From: a virus
Taxonomy: Duplodnaviria > Caudoviricetes
Direction: 5' to 3' (one strand)
Length of the DNA stretch: 48,192 bases
Virus record (IMG/VR): IMGVR_UViG_3300030330_003556
Location: 1 to 48,192 of that record
Both the position numbers and the translations under genes were made by a program. The number at the start of each line of letters is the position of its first letter. Positions within the stretch are counted from its first letter, which is position 1. Below are positions 1-8,987 of this stretch, in pieces. The notes beneath the pieces are model-generated. The model was given only the letters and a program-made list of their open reading frames with translations. It ran no database searches and was not told the origin of the DNA.

Positions 1-44
1 TTATTGAAAATGTAGAACACTCGCAAGTGATTGACTTTCTGTAA
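1..44 (+). CDS. 3' end of an upstream gene (partial, hypothetical)
   Basis: Frame from nt 3 reads IENVEHSQVIDFL then TAA at 42-44, followed by an AT-rich intergenic gap. Confidence 0.35.
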   Translation, partial: IENVEHSQVIDFL

Positions 45-104
45 GTTAGTGATTAAAAATTAAACAAAACGTGTAATTATAATAATATACCAAAAAACCA
101 AATT

Positions 105-665
105 ATGAAAGAATTAAACCAAAAATTAGCTCAAATACAAACAGAGTTAAAAACTAAAAAATCGAGTTATAACTCGTTCGGTAAGTACTACTTCAGAAAA
201 GCCGAAGACATTTTAGAGGCTACTAAGCCTTTCCTTTTAAAACATGGCGTTTCAGTTACTCTTAACGAAGAGATGATAGCTACAGACCCTGTTCCAACAA
301 TCAAATCAACAGCAACTATATCAGATGGCAAAGATGCAATACACGCAACAGCTATAGTCGGTGTAGACCTTAATCAAAAAGGTATGCAAACCGCTCAACA
401 GTTTGGTGCTGCTTCTTCATACGGTAAGAAATATGCTTTAGGTAATTTATTTCTAATCGATGATACAGCCGATGCTGACTCTACTAATCAACACGGTAAA
501 AATGGTGCTGTAAACAAAATTAAACAAGCAGCAACATTTATCACACCAGGTCAAATGCAAAAAGCTAAAGAATATATAGCTGCAGGTGGTAATATTGAGG
601 CTATTGAAACTAAATATAAATTAACAGATGAACAAAGAAAAAATCTTACAGAAGTTAAAAAATGA
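105..665 (+). CDS. erf: ERF-family single-strand annealing protein
   Basis: N-terminal K..YNSFGKYYFR.AEDILEA.KP and Q.FGAASSYGKKYALGNLFLIDD..DAD motif typical of the ERF superfamily. Confidence 0.9.
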   Translation: MKELNQKLAQIQTELKTKKSSYNSFGKYYFRKAEDILEATKPFLLKHGVSVTLNEEMIATDPVPTIKSTATISDGKDAIHATAIVGVDLNQKGMQTAQQFGAASSYGKKYALGNLFLIDDTADADSTNQHGKNGAVNKIKQAATFITPGQMQKAKEYIAAGGNIEAIETKYKLTDEQRKNLTEVKK

Positions 666-1377
666 TGAAGACTATTATGGTGAATTTGGTAATCAGTTTT
701 TATCCAACTCTCACGTTGGTAAATTATTAAAAGACCCATTAAATGCGTTCAACCCTAGCAAACCATCACCAGCATTTTTAATAGGTGGATATTTCCATAC
801 TTGTATACTAGAGCCCGACAAGCTAGATAAATACAAGGTAGTTAAATCAACTACAAGAAATACAAAAGCCTATAAAGACTTTGCTGGTGGTGAACTATGT
901 CTACTACAACACGAGGTAGATGCAATTGAATTAATGAGAGAAAAAGTTATGGCTAACGATATATGTAGAGACTTAATACACGGTAATCTACTTATTTCTA
1001 AAAGAAATGTAGAGTATGAAGTTCCAATGATTACAGAGTTGTTTGGTAATAAATGGAAAGGTAAAGCAGATATTGTTAATCATGAAGAAAAGTTAATCAT
1101 TGATTTAAAAACAACTGGTGATATTGACAGGTTTAAATGGTCAGCCAGTAAATTTAACTATGACTCACAAGCTTATATATATAGTAAGTTGTTTGGATAT
1201 GAGATGTTGTTTATAGTTATAGATAAATCAACACACCAAATAGGTATGTTTGACTGTTCACCAGAGTTTTATAAACGAGGTGAAGACAAGGTGAGTAAAG
1301 CAAGTGAAGCTTATGACTTGTTTTATAAGACCAAGGACTTTGATCCTAAACAGTATTTCATAAGCAAAACCTTATAA
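628..1377 (+). CDS. PD-(D/E)XK exonuclease (RecE/exonuclease VIII, DUF3799-like)
   Basis: LSNS..., G.YFHT.ILEP, KGKADI...IIDLKTT and Y..QAYIY motifs; directly downstream of ERF. Confidence 0.85.
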   Translation: MNKEKILQKLKNDEDYYGEFGNQFLSNSHVGKLLKDPLNAFNPSKPSPAFLIGGYFHTCILEPDKLDKYKVVKSTTRNTKAYKDFAGGELCLLQHEVDAIELMREKVMANDICRDLIHGNLLISKRNVEYEVPMITELFGNKWKGKADIVNHEEKLIIDLKTTGDIDRFKWSASKFNYDSQAYIYSKLFGYEMLFIVIDKSTHQIGMFDCSPEFYKRGEDKVSKASEAYDLFYKTKDFDPKQYFISKTL

Positions 1378-1387
1378 ACCAAAAATT

Positions 1388-1555
1388 ATGGCAAGAACAA
1401 AAATGAAGACTTGTACTGTTAGCGGAATTAAAACTTCTGAAAAAAACTTTTACAAAGGTCATAACCACGTAAAAGCAATTGATAATTTAAGAAGAGTTGG
1501 CGGTGCTACTAAAGAACAATTAACAAGAATGTTTAACCAAATAAATAATTACTAA
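1388..1555 (+). CDS. small basic hypothetical protein (55 aa; absent from ORF track)
   Basis: ATG at 1388 after an A-rich leader; MARTKMKTCTVSGIKTSEKNFYKGHNHVKAIDNLRRVGGATKEQLTRMFNQINNY; TAA at 1553-1555 lies 1 nt before the next ATG and the ORF fills the gap. Confidence 0.75.
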   Translation: MARTKMKTCTVSGIKTSEKNFYKGHNHVKAIDNLRRVGGATKEQLTRMFNQINNY

Positions 1556-1556
1556 T

Positions 1557-1865
1557 ATGGCAAGTATTATTAAAACGAGTATTAACCTTAACAATATACC
1601 AAAAGATAAAATCTATAATGGTAAAAAAGGTAAATACTTACCAATTACAATTACACTAAATGATGAGCCAGACCAGTTTGGTAATCAAGGGCCTGTAGTT
1701 GTAGAACAAACAAAAGATGAGAGAGATGCTAAAGCAGCTAAGACTTATCTTGGTAATGTAAAAGTAGTTTGGACTAATGGTCAAAACGTTGACACAGCTC
1801 CAAGAGATGATAACCAATCAGCTCCAGCCCCTGCTCAGGCTCCAGCTGAAGATTTACCGTTTTAA
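1557..1865 (+). CDS. single-stranded DNA-binding protein, Bacteroidota-phage type
   Basis: Beta-rich core, Pro/Ala linker and acidic C-terminal tail AEDLPF; lies between the recombination genes and primase-helicase. Confidence 0.7.
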   Translation: MASIIKTSINLNNIPKDKIYNGKKGKYLPITITLNDEPDQFGNQGPVVVEQTKDERDAKAAKTYLGNVKVVWTNGQNVDTAPRDDNQSAPAPAQAPAEDLPF

Positions 1866-1868
1866 TAA

Positions 1869-3572
1869 ATGATACAAGAGATCAATGGATTTTTGATTGA
1901 CAAGTATAATCAATACGGCCTAAAAGATGGTGCAGCGCAAGGGACTTGTCCCTTGTGTTCCCATACTAGGAAACCTAAGAACCAGAAGCTACAATGTGCT
2001 TCGTATGATTGGGAACGTGGTCTCGGTACGTGTCATAACTGTGATACAACTTTTCAACTACATACGTATCAACGTAAGGGTGCTAGCGAAAAAGTTTACG
2101 TTAGGCCTGAAGTTAAATACAAAAAAACTGGTACAAAAGTTGAAGAGTGGTTTAAATCACGTGGTATTAACAAACAAACACTTACTGACTTACGTGTAGG
2201 TGAAGGTCAAGAGTTTATGCCACAAACTGGTAAGCAAGAAAATACCATACAGTTTAATTACTACATGGGTGATCAGCTTATTAATGTTAAGTATCGTGAC
2301 GGTAGAAAAAACTTTAAGCTTTATAAAGGCGCTGAAAAAGTATTTTATAATATCAATAGTATCGTAGGTTATGACACTTGCGTTATTGTTGAAGGTGAAA
2401 TGGATGTGTTAGCTTTACATGAAGCTGGTATACCAAATGCTATTTCAGTACCTAATGGAGCTACGTTAAATCGTAATAATTTAGATTACTTAGATAATTG
2501 TATTGATTACTTTGATGATAAAACCAAAATAATAATAGCTGTTGATGCAGATGAACCTGGTCAAATGTTACAACGTGAACTTGTTAGACGTCTTGGAGCA
2601 GAAGTATGTTACATAGTTGATTTTAACGGTAACAAAGATGCTAACGATTTTTTACTTGAACACGGCACAGAAGCGCTACGTAGTGCTATACACACCGCGC
2701 GTCCTGTTCCACTAGAAAATGTATCAACATTAAAAGATATAGAAGATGAACTTAAAGACTTTGTTAAAAATGGATTTAAGCCCGGATATCAAATCGGACT
2801 TAAAAACTTTGATGATATTTTCTCTACTTACACCGGTCAGTTTATTACTGTTACTGGTGTACCCAGTAGCGGCAAGTCTGACTTTGTTGACCAAATGGTC
2901 GTGGGATATAATCAACTTTACGGTTGGAAAACTGCGTATGCTAGTCCAGAAAACCAACCAGTCTATTTACACGCGCACAAATTAATGCGTAAACACTGGC
3001 AAGATATGCCACGTGTTGATGATATAGATGGTGATAAGTGGGAACAAGTATCTAATCATGTTAATGATAACTATTACTTTATTGACATGGATAAATACAA
3101 CCTAGAAGCTGTGCTACGCAAAGGTGCTGAGCTTGTAAAACGTAAAGGTATTAAGTGTTTAGTACTAGACCCGTTTAATAAGATTAGAGATACAAATGCG
3201 CACTCAGATGATGTAAACCGTTACACAATGGATTATTTGGCTAAAATTGAGGCTTTTTGTAAAAAGTATGATGTATTAACTTTTATAGTTGCTCACCCAA
3301 CTAAAATGTACAAAGGTTCTGATGGTAAAATGGAAGAGCCAACTATGTACAATATTAAAGGTGGTGGTGAATGGTATGATGCTAGTTATCATGGCCTGTT
3401 AGTACATAGAGACTATGAGGCTAAAACAACTAAAGTTAAAGTACTTAAAGTTAAGTTTCAAAACTTAGGTGAAAACGGTGCTGAGTCTCATTTTACATGG
3501 GAACCTAAATCAGGTAGTTTTGTGCCATTTGTTGATGATGTGGTAGAAACAGAGCCAATGCCCTGGGAATAA
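1869..3572 (+). CDS. bifunctional primase-helicase (T7 gp4/Twinkle-like)
   Basis: Zn finger CPLC..CHNC; TOPRIM IVEGEMD and DAD; Walker A GVPSSGKS; Walker B LVLDP; VAHP motif. Confidence 0.95.
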   Translation: MIQEINGFLIDKYNQYGLKDGAAQGTCPLCSHTRKPKNQKLQCASYDWERGLGTCHNCDTTFQLHTYQRKGASEKVYVRPEVKYKKTGTKVEEWFKSRGINKQTLTDLRVGEGQEFMPQTGKQENTIQFNYYMGDQLINVKYRDGRKNFKLYKGAEKVFYNINSIVGYDTCVIVEGEMDVLALHEAGIPNAISVPNGATLNRNNLDYLDNCIDYFDDKTKIIIAVDADEPGQMLQRELVRRLGAEVCYIVDFNGNKDANDFLLEHGTEALRSAIHTARPVPLENVSTLKDIEDELKDFVKNGFKPGYQIGLKNFDDIFSTYTGQFITVTGVPSSGKSDFVDQMVVGYNQLYGWKTAYASPENQPVYLHAHKLMRKHWQDMPRVDDIDGDKWEQVSNHVNDNYYFIDMDKYNLEAVLRKGAELVKRKGIKCLVLDPFNKIRDTNAHSDDVNRYTMDYLAKIEAFCKKYDVLTFIVAHPTKMYKGSDGKMEEPTMYNIKGGGEWYDASYHGLLVHRDYEAKTTKVKVLKVKFQNLGENGAESHFTWEPKSGSFVPFVDDVVETEPMPWE

Positions 3573-3844
3573 TGGCTTGGAACAAGTTTAAAAAGTCACC
3601 AAGTAAAAAACCGCCAGATAGATCTTGGCTGCCAGAAGAAATGAAGATGATAGGTTTTGTTATGAGTAAAAACATAAAAATAGCTATATCACCTGATTGG
3701 AAACACGATTTTACGTATTGGCAAATAGATATAAAAGTTGGTAGAGGTAAATGGCATACTGATCCTAAAAGGTACAGTGACGAAGAAGTGTATGATAATT
3801 TAATTAAATATTATAAATACTATTATGATAAATACAATAAATAA
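3572..3844 (+). CDS. hypothetical protein
   Basis: 90-aa ORF coupled to primase-helicase by a TAATG overlap. Confidence 0.7.
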   Translation: MAWNKFKKSPSKKPPDRSWLPEEMKMIGFVMSKNIKIAISPDWKHDFTYWQIDIKVGRGKWHTDPKRYSDEEVYDNLIKYYKYYYDKYNK

Positions 3845-4481
3845 TAAAGTCTTTAGAAACGCAAACACTGCATACGAGTATTTGTTTGATAGAATAATAC
3901 AAGATGGTGTAGATTTTGCAGATACTAAAGCCTTGTTTAATGTTGGGTTTTATATAACAGACTCACAAGATAACAAGATAATAAATAGAGAACGTAACTG
4001 GAAACAAGATTATGCTGAAGCTGAATGGCAATGGTATTTATCTGGTGATCGTAATATAGCTAAGCTTGGCGAGTTGTATGGTAAAGTTCCAGCTATATGG
4101 AAGCGTATGGCTGATGCTAACGGCAATGTAAACTCTAACTATGGTTGGCAATGGGAAAGAACTAGTCAACTAGATATTATTGTGCAAATGCTAAAAGATA
4201 ATCCTAAAACTAGACAAGCTGCAATATCTATTTACGACGCTAAAGAGATAAGCGATTATACTAACGACACACCATGTACTTATGCCGTGCAATTTACAAT
4301 TGTACATGGTAGACTTGACATGTGTGTAACAATGCGTAGCAATGACTTATGGTTTGGTTTTTGTAATGACCAATATTGTTTTTCTAAGCTGCAAAAGATG
4401 GTCTCTGATGAATTAAATATTGAACCGGGTGTATATTATCATTTTGCACATAATATGCATCTATATAACAACAAAATATGA
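3825..4481 (+). CDS. thymidylate-synthase-family enzyme, likely dCMP hydroxymethylase/methylase (T4 gp42-like)
   Basis: E..WY, IW..MA..NG.VNSNYGW, catalytic PC, MRSNDLWFGFCND and H.Y; Asp at the pyrimidine-specificity position. Confidence 0.8.
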   Translation: MINTINNKVFRNANTAYEYLFDRIIQDGVDFADTKALFNVGFYITDSQDNKIINRERNWKQDYAEAEWQWYLSGDRNIAKLGELYGKVPAIWKRMADANGNVNSNYGWQWERTSQLDIIVQMLKDNPKTRQAAISIYDAKEISDYTNDTPCTYAVQFTIVHGRLDMCVTMRSNDLWFGFCNDQYCFSKLQKMVSDELNIEPGVYYHFAHNMHLYNNKI

Positions 4482-5302
4482 CTTACTGTATATACCATAT
4501 ACCGGGTGTAAAAATAGGTGTAACGAACAACGTATATAATCGTGTTGAAAAACAACAAGGCTATAGAGATAATGAATATGAAATAATAGAAATGTCTGAT
4601 GATATAGATTACATATCTCAAAAAGAGCGAGAGTTGCAAATAAAATATGGTTACCCTGTTGATGAAAAACTTTATAATAAATTAAAATGTAATAAAATGA
4701 AAATTAATGTAACAGAAATGACTACGACTTTTCCTTGTCCAGTCAGAAAATTAAAAGGCAGACTTATGGATAATATAGGTATGTCATGGGATACACCGTT
4801 TGGTGAATGTACAATAACTAAAAAATCAATTGAGTGGATAATGCAAAACATTAACACTTCTCAATATACTAATGAAAGATGTTATATATATAATAGAGCT
4901 TTTGCTAGATGGTTTGATAATAATGATGCTTATCCTAGAACAGGTGGTATTATGTCTGATACAAGAAAACAAGAGCAAAATGGTAAGCTTTGTGATGATA
5001 GCTGTTCAGAAGTTAGTATGTTTGAATTAATTAGACAATGGGCTGATGAAAGAGGTTTGTATGATAAAGGTGATCCTAAAACACAGGCTTTAAAACTTGT
5101 TGAAGAAGTTGGTGAAACTTGTAGAGCTATATTAAAAGGCAATGATATGGAAGCTATTGATGGTATTGGTGACTGTGTTGTTGTGCTGACTAATTTAGCT
5201 GAGTTGCTAGGTGAATCAATTGAAGGTTGTATTGAACAAGCTTACTTTGAAATTAAAGATAGAACTGGTAAAATGGAAAACGGAACATTTAAAAAAGATT
5301 AA
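4478..5302 (+). CDS. multidomain protein: GIY-YIG-like N-terminus, unknown middle domain, C-terminal MazG-like NTP pyrophosphohydrolase
   Basis: YCIYH...KIGVT...R at the N-terminus; WADERGL..Q.LKL.EEVGE...D.IGD..VVL...CIE.AY.EIKDRTG at the C-terminus. Confidence 0.8.
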   Translation: MTYCIYHIPGVKIGVTNNVYNRVEKQQGYRDNEYEIIEMSDDIDYISQKERELQIKYGYPVDEKLYNKLKCNKMKINVTEMTTTFPCPVRKLKGRLMDNIGMSWDTPFGECTITKKSIEWIMQNINTSQYTNERCYIYNRAFARWFDNNDAYPRTGGIMSDTRKQEQNGKLCDDSCSEVSMFELIRQWADERGLYDKGDPKTQALKLVEEVGETCRAILKGNDMEAIDGIGDCVVVLTNLAELLGESIEGCIEQAYFEIKDRTGKMENGTFKKD

Positions 5303-5303
5303 T

Positions 5304-5615
5304 ATGAGTGATAGAGAAATATATGACGCTAAAAATGGTATATCTATAAGAGAGTCTTATGGATTTAGAGATCCTGTAGTTAAAAACGTAGTTGACAAAT
5401 TTGTAAAAAGATCTGATGTTGGTTATAAAAAGTATAACAATACACTAGATGATGAACGTAGATTTAAAATGAAAAACCTACAAGGTTATTTAAATGATAT
5501 ACAAGAAGAACTTATGGATGCTATATTGTATATTCAAACAGCTAGAGAAGAGCTTAGGGATTTGTCTGAAGAAGCTTTGATTGATAAGATTAAATACGAT
5601 GAAGAAGAAATTTAA
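5304..5615 (+). CDS. small all-alpha MazG/dUTPase-like nucleotide pyrophosphohydrolase
   Basis: ATG at 5304 just after the upstream stop; RS.VG.KKY..TLD and IQEELMDAILY acidic helix. Confidence 0.55.
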   Translation: MSDREIYDAKNGISIRESYGFRDPVVKNVVDKFVKRSDVGYKKYNNTLDDERRFKMKNLQGYLNDIQEELMDAILYIQTAREELRDLSEEALIDKIKYDEEEI

Positions 5616-6048
5616 ACGTAAACGTGGTCCTGTCAGAGCTAAAAAGGTTAGCTTTGACGGGATTACATTTGCAAGTGGTTTAGAACGTTATATGTATCAA
5701 GTTTTAAAGAAAAACAAAATACACGCAGTGTATGAAGGTGCTACATTTGTTTTACAAGAAGGTTTTATGTTTAATAATGAAAGCTTTGAAAGACAGAGTA
5801 ATGGTAAGGGTGATATGGTTAATAGAGGTTGTAAAAAAATATTAAATATAAAATACACACCTGATTTTGTATCTGACTCATTTATAATTGAATGTAAAGG
5901 TAGAGCAAATGAAAGCTTCCCAATGCGATGGAAAATGTTTAAAAAATATGTAAAAGAAAACTTACCGCATGTAACCTTATATAAACCTCAGAACCAAAAA
6001 GAATGTGATAAAGTAATAGAATTAATAAATGAAAGAAATAAACAATAA
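5599..6048 (+). CDS. endonuclease/Holliday junction resolvase (T7 endonuclease I or DUF1064-like)
   Basis: DGITFASGLE and YTPDF...IIECKG PD-(D/E)XK motif; start placed at ATG 5599. Confidence 0.8.
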   Translation: MKKKFKRKRGPVRAKKVSFDGITFASGLERYMYQVLKKNKIHAVYEGATFVLQEGFMFNNESFERQSNGKGDMVNRGCKKILNIKYTPDFVSDSFIIECKGRANESFPMRWKMFKKYVKENLPHVTLYKPQNQKECDKVIELINERNKQ

Positions 6049-7900
6049 AATACTCTCGGATATAACAGTACACATGAAGTATGCAAAATATATACCAGAG
6101 TTACAACGTAGAGAAACATGGGAAGAATTAGTTGATCGTAATAAGCAAATGCATATTCGTAAATACCCAAGTTTAAAAAATGATATAGAAACTTATTATA
6201 AATATGTATATGAAAAGAAAGTCCTCCCATCAATGCGATCGCTGCAATTCGGTGGCAAACCTATTGAAATTAGTCCTAATAGACTTTATAATTGTGCCTA
6301 TTTGCCTGTTGACCATATTGATGCTTTTAGTGAAATTATGTTTTTACTGTTATCAGGTTGTGGCGTAGGTTATTCAGTACAACTACATAACATTAAAAAA
6401 CTACCAGAAATAATAAAACCTCACGCTGTAAGAAAACGTAGGTTTGTTATTGGTGATAGTATTGAAGGTTGGTCTGACGCTATTAAAGTTTTAATTAAGT
6501 CTTATATGGGTGAAAAACGTTCATCTAAAATAAAATTTGATTATTCAGATATAAGACCTAAAGGTGCTAGGTTAGTTACATCAGGTGGTAAAGCACCAGG
6601 TCCACAACCATTAAGAGAGTGTTTAGTAAAAATTAAAGGAATATTAGATGAAAAACAAGACGGAGAAAAACTCAAAAGCATCGAAGTACACGATATTGTC
6701 TGCCATATTGCGGATGCTGTTCTTGCTGGAGGTATCAGGAGAGCGGCGCTTATATCGTTATTTTCGGCTTATGATGAAGAAATGATTTCGTGTAAATCAG
6801 GTAATTGGTGGGAAACAAATCCACAAAGAGGTAGAGCTAATAACTCTGCGGTGCTTATGAGACATAAAATAACTAAAGAGTTTTTTATGGACTTATGGAA
6901 ACGTATAGAGTTGTCTGGTTCTGGTGAACCTGGTATATATTTTAATAATGATAAAGACTGGGGTACCAATCCATGTTGTGAAATTGCATTAAGACCTTTT
7001 CAATTCTGTAACTTGTGTGAAGTAAACGTATCTGACGTAGACACGCAAGAAGAATTAAACGATAGAGTTACCGCTGCTGCTTTTATAGGTACGTTACAAG
7101 CTGGTTACACTGAGTTTCATTATCTTAGAGAAGTTTGGCAAGAAACTACAGAAAGAGATGCATTAATTGGTGTATCAATGACTGGTATTGGTAGTGGTAA
7201 AGTTTTAGACTTAAACTTAAATCAAGCAGCTGATCAAGTAAAAATGATGAATAGAATAACAGCTAAGACTATTGGTATTAACACTGCAGCTCGTACAACG
7301 TGCGTTAAACCTGCAGGGACAACATCTCTGGTACTTGGAACATCATCAGGTATTCATGCTTGGCACAATAAATATTATATCCGTAGGATGCGCGTAGGTA
7401 AAAACGAAGCTATTTATAGTTATCTTGCTATACACCACCCAGAGCTTGTGCAAGACGAATACTTTAGACCTCATGATACCGCTGTTATAGAAATACCACA
7501 AGCAGCACCTAAAGGTTCTATTGTAAGAACTGAATCTGCTTTTGATTTATTAGAACGTGTTAAAAAAGTAGCTACAGAGTGGGTTGCAACAGGACATAAA
7601 TCTGGTAGCAACACACATAATGTTTCGGCTACAATTAGTTTGAAAGATAAAGAGTGGGAAAAAGCTGGTGAATGGATGTGGGAAAACAGAAATAACTACA
7701 ATGGTTTATCTGTATTACCTTATGATGGCGGTACATATACTCAAGCACCATTTGAGGATATAACTAAATCCAAATATGATGAAATGACAAAACTACTTCA
7801 AGATATAGACTTAACTAAAGTAGTAGAGTTAAATGATAATACAGATCTATCAGGCGAATTGGCTTGTGCCGGTGGATCTTGTGAAATAACAAGCCTATAA
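6029..7900 (+). CDS. nrdJ: class II (adenosylcobalamin-dependent) ribonucleotide reductase
   Basis: RRETWEE, PSMRSLQ, YNCA, GCGVG, TNPCCEI, CNLCE, VKPAGTTS and C-terminal ACAGGSCE; no beta-subunit gene nearby. Confidence 0.93.
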   Translation: MKEINNKILSDITVHMKYAKYIPELQRRETWEELVDRNKQMHIRKYPSLKNDIETYYKYVYEKKVLPSMRSLQFGGKPIEISPNRLYNCAYLPVDHIDAFSEIMFLLLSGCGVGYSVQLHNIKKLPEIIKPHAVRKRRFVIGDSIEGWSDAIKVLIKSYMGEKRSSKIKFDYSDIRPKGARLVTSGGKAPGPQPLRECLVKIKGILDEKQDGEKLKSIEVHDIVCHIADAVLAGGIRRAALISLFSAYDEEMISCKSGNWWETNPQRGRANNSAVLMRHKITKEFFMDLWKRIELSGSGEPGIYFNNDKDWGTNPCCEIALRPFQFCNLCEVNVSDVDTQEELNDRVTAAAFIGTLQAGYTEFHYLREVWQETTERDALIGVSMTGIGSGKVLDLNLNQAADQVKMMNRITAKTIGINTAARTTCVKPAGTTSLVLGTSSGIHAWHNKYYIRRMRVGKNEAIYSYLAIHHPELVQDEYFRPHDTAVIEIPQAAPKGSIVRTESAFDLLERVKKVATEWVATGHKSGSNTHNVSATISLKDKEWEKAGEWMWENRNNYNGLSVLPYDGGTYTQAPFEDITKSKYDEMTKLLQDIDLTKVVELNDNTDLSGELACAGGSCEITSL

Positions 7901-7915
7901 TTTAAATTTAATTAA

Positions 7916-8116
7916 ATGTATTCAGAAAACAAAGTAATAAAGACAATGATAGCAATGGAAAATGTTTTTAAAAATTGTGCAGAAGACGCTGAAAAGTTTG
8001 TAGAAGGTAACAACTCAGCAGGTACTAGAGTTAGAAAAGCCATGCAACAAATAAAAAATATGGCTCAAGACGTAAGAGTCGAAGTGCAACGGCAAAAAAA
8101 TTCTGTTACTGTATAA
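7916..8116 (+). CDS. histone H1-like (Hc1-family) small protein, Bacteroidota type
   Basis: DAEKF.EGNNSAGTRVRKAMQ.IK..AQDVR..VQ signature. Confidence 0.75.
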   Translation: MYSENKVIKTMIAMENVFKNCAEDAEKFVEGNNSAGTRVRKAMQQIKNMAQDVRVEVQRQKNSVTV

Positions 8117-8153
8117 AAAATAAAGGGAGCTATTTGCTCCCTTTTTTTATTTT
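8115..8153. terminator. bidirectional intrinsic terminator between the two convergent arms
   Basis: AAAGGGAGC-TATTT-GCTCCCTTT hairpin flanked by an A-tract on the left and a T-tract on the right. Confidence 0.9.
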
Positions 8154-8207
8154 AATACCTACTAAAGCAAGTATTGATATTATAATACATATAGGACAAG
8201 GACACAT
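8130..8207 (-). CDS. putative 25-aa Cys-rich membrane micropeptide (absent from ORF track)
   Basis: MCPCPICIIISILALVGIKIKKGSK; ATG 2 nt after the upstream stop; hydrophobic core followed by a Lys-rich tail. Confidence 0.45.
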   Translation of the reverse strand: MCPCPICIIISILALVGIKIKKGSK

Positions 8208-8209
8208 AA

Positions 8210-8545
8210 TTAAGTGTTTATTAAAACGTCAACAGTATCTGAAGATCCTATTTTTATAAACAAAGCATATTCACCATTGTCTATATTAAACAAACCAAAC
8301 TCGTTTGTTAAATTTAAATAGTTTTTAGCAGACAAAGAGTAATTATATAATATATAATACTCTTCCTCAGCAGTTGTATCAGTTGACGGTTTATATATAT
8401 ATAAATCTATAGTAGCAGCACTAGACGTGTGTACATTGTTTAAGTATACACTTTTTATAGTTTGGGTTATTATATCACCAACACCTATAATTTCTGTCTC
8501 CTGCTGTGTACTACCTACTAAGTTATAGTACTTTGTAAGCGCCAT
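8210..8545 (-). CDS. small beta-rich putative virion protein (divergent paralog 4)
   Basis: Shares the ..YL.N..S motif and beta-strand pattern with the three upstream ORFs. Confidence 0.55.
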   Translation of the reverse strand: MALTKYYNLVGSTQQETEIIGVGDIITQTIKSVYLNNVHTSSAATIDLYIYKPSTDTTAEEEYYILYNYSLSAKNYLNLTNEFGLFNIDNGEYALFIKIGSSDTVDVLINT

Positions 8546-8546
8546 T

Positions 8547-8963
8547 TTATTCCTCGAATACTATATATTCTAATGTCATAACCTCAGCAGAACTTGGTGC
8601 TACAGTTATATTAACATCAGCTAACCAAGGTATTAACATCCACTCTCCGCCATATAGTTTACCTATAGTTACAGCAGCAGTATCACTAGCGGCTGCAGAA
8701 GCATTTTTAGCTACATAAAAAAACTTAGTAGAATCACTACCAGTATTTCTTATATAAACCTTAGAAGCTTTACCGCTTGTAAAATCAGAGGCAGCTATAA
8801 TAGATACAGCAGATACTGATTCAAACTTTTTAGTACGCAAACCAGTTGTTTCTTCTAAACCAGCTGTACTTTGAAGTTTTTTCATCTCCATAGTTTTATT
8901 AATAGTAATTGGATAATCCATTATATCACTATTTATAGTAAGTGTTGCATTTGTTGTTGCCAT
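8547..8963 (-). CDS. small beta-rich putative virion protein (paralog 3)
   Basis: MATT.ATLTI.S start; VYIRNT; IGKLYGGEWMLIPW; LEY near the end. Confidence 0.6.
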   Translation of the reverse strand: MATTNATLTINSDIMDYPITINKTMEMKKLQSTAGLEETTGLRTKKFESVSAVSIIAASDFTSGKASKVYIRNTGSDSTKFFYVAKNASAAASDTAAVTIGKLYGGEWMLIPWLADVNITVAPSSAEVMTLEYIVFEE

Positions 8964-8987
8964 ATTATTTTTTTTATAAGTTAATTA

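Noticed and set aside
3825-4481. Plain thyA annotation
   Set aside because: Lacks the PFN Asn and matches T4 gp42-type motifs better; gene symbol withheld pending assay
1869-7900. Introns or inteins in helicase or RNR
   Set aside because: Both ORFs are continuous, of ordinary length, and show no splicing motifs
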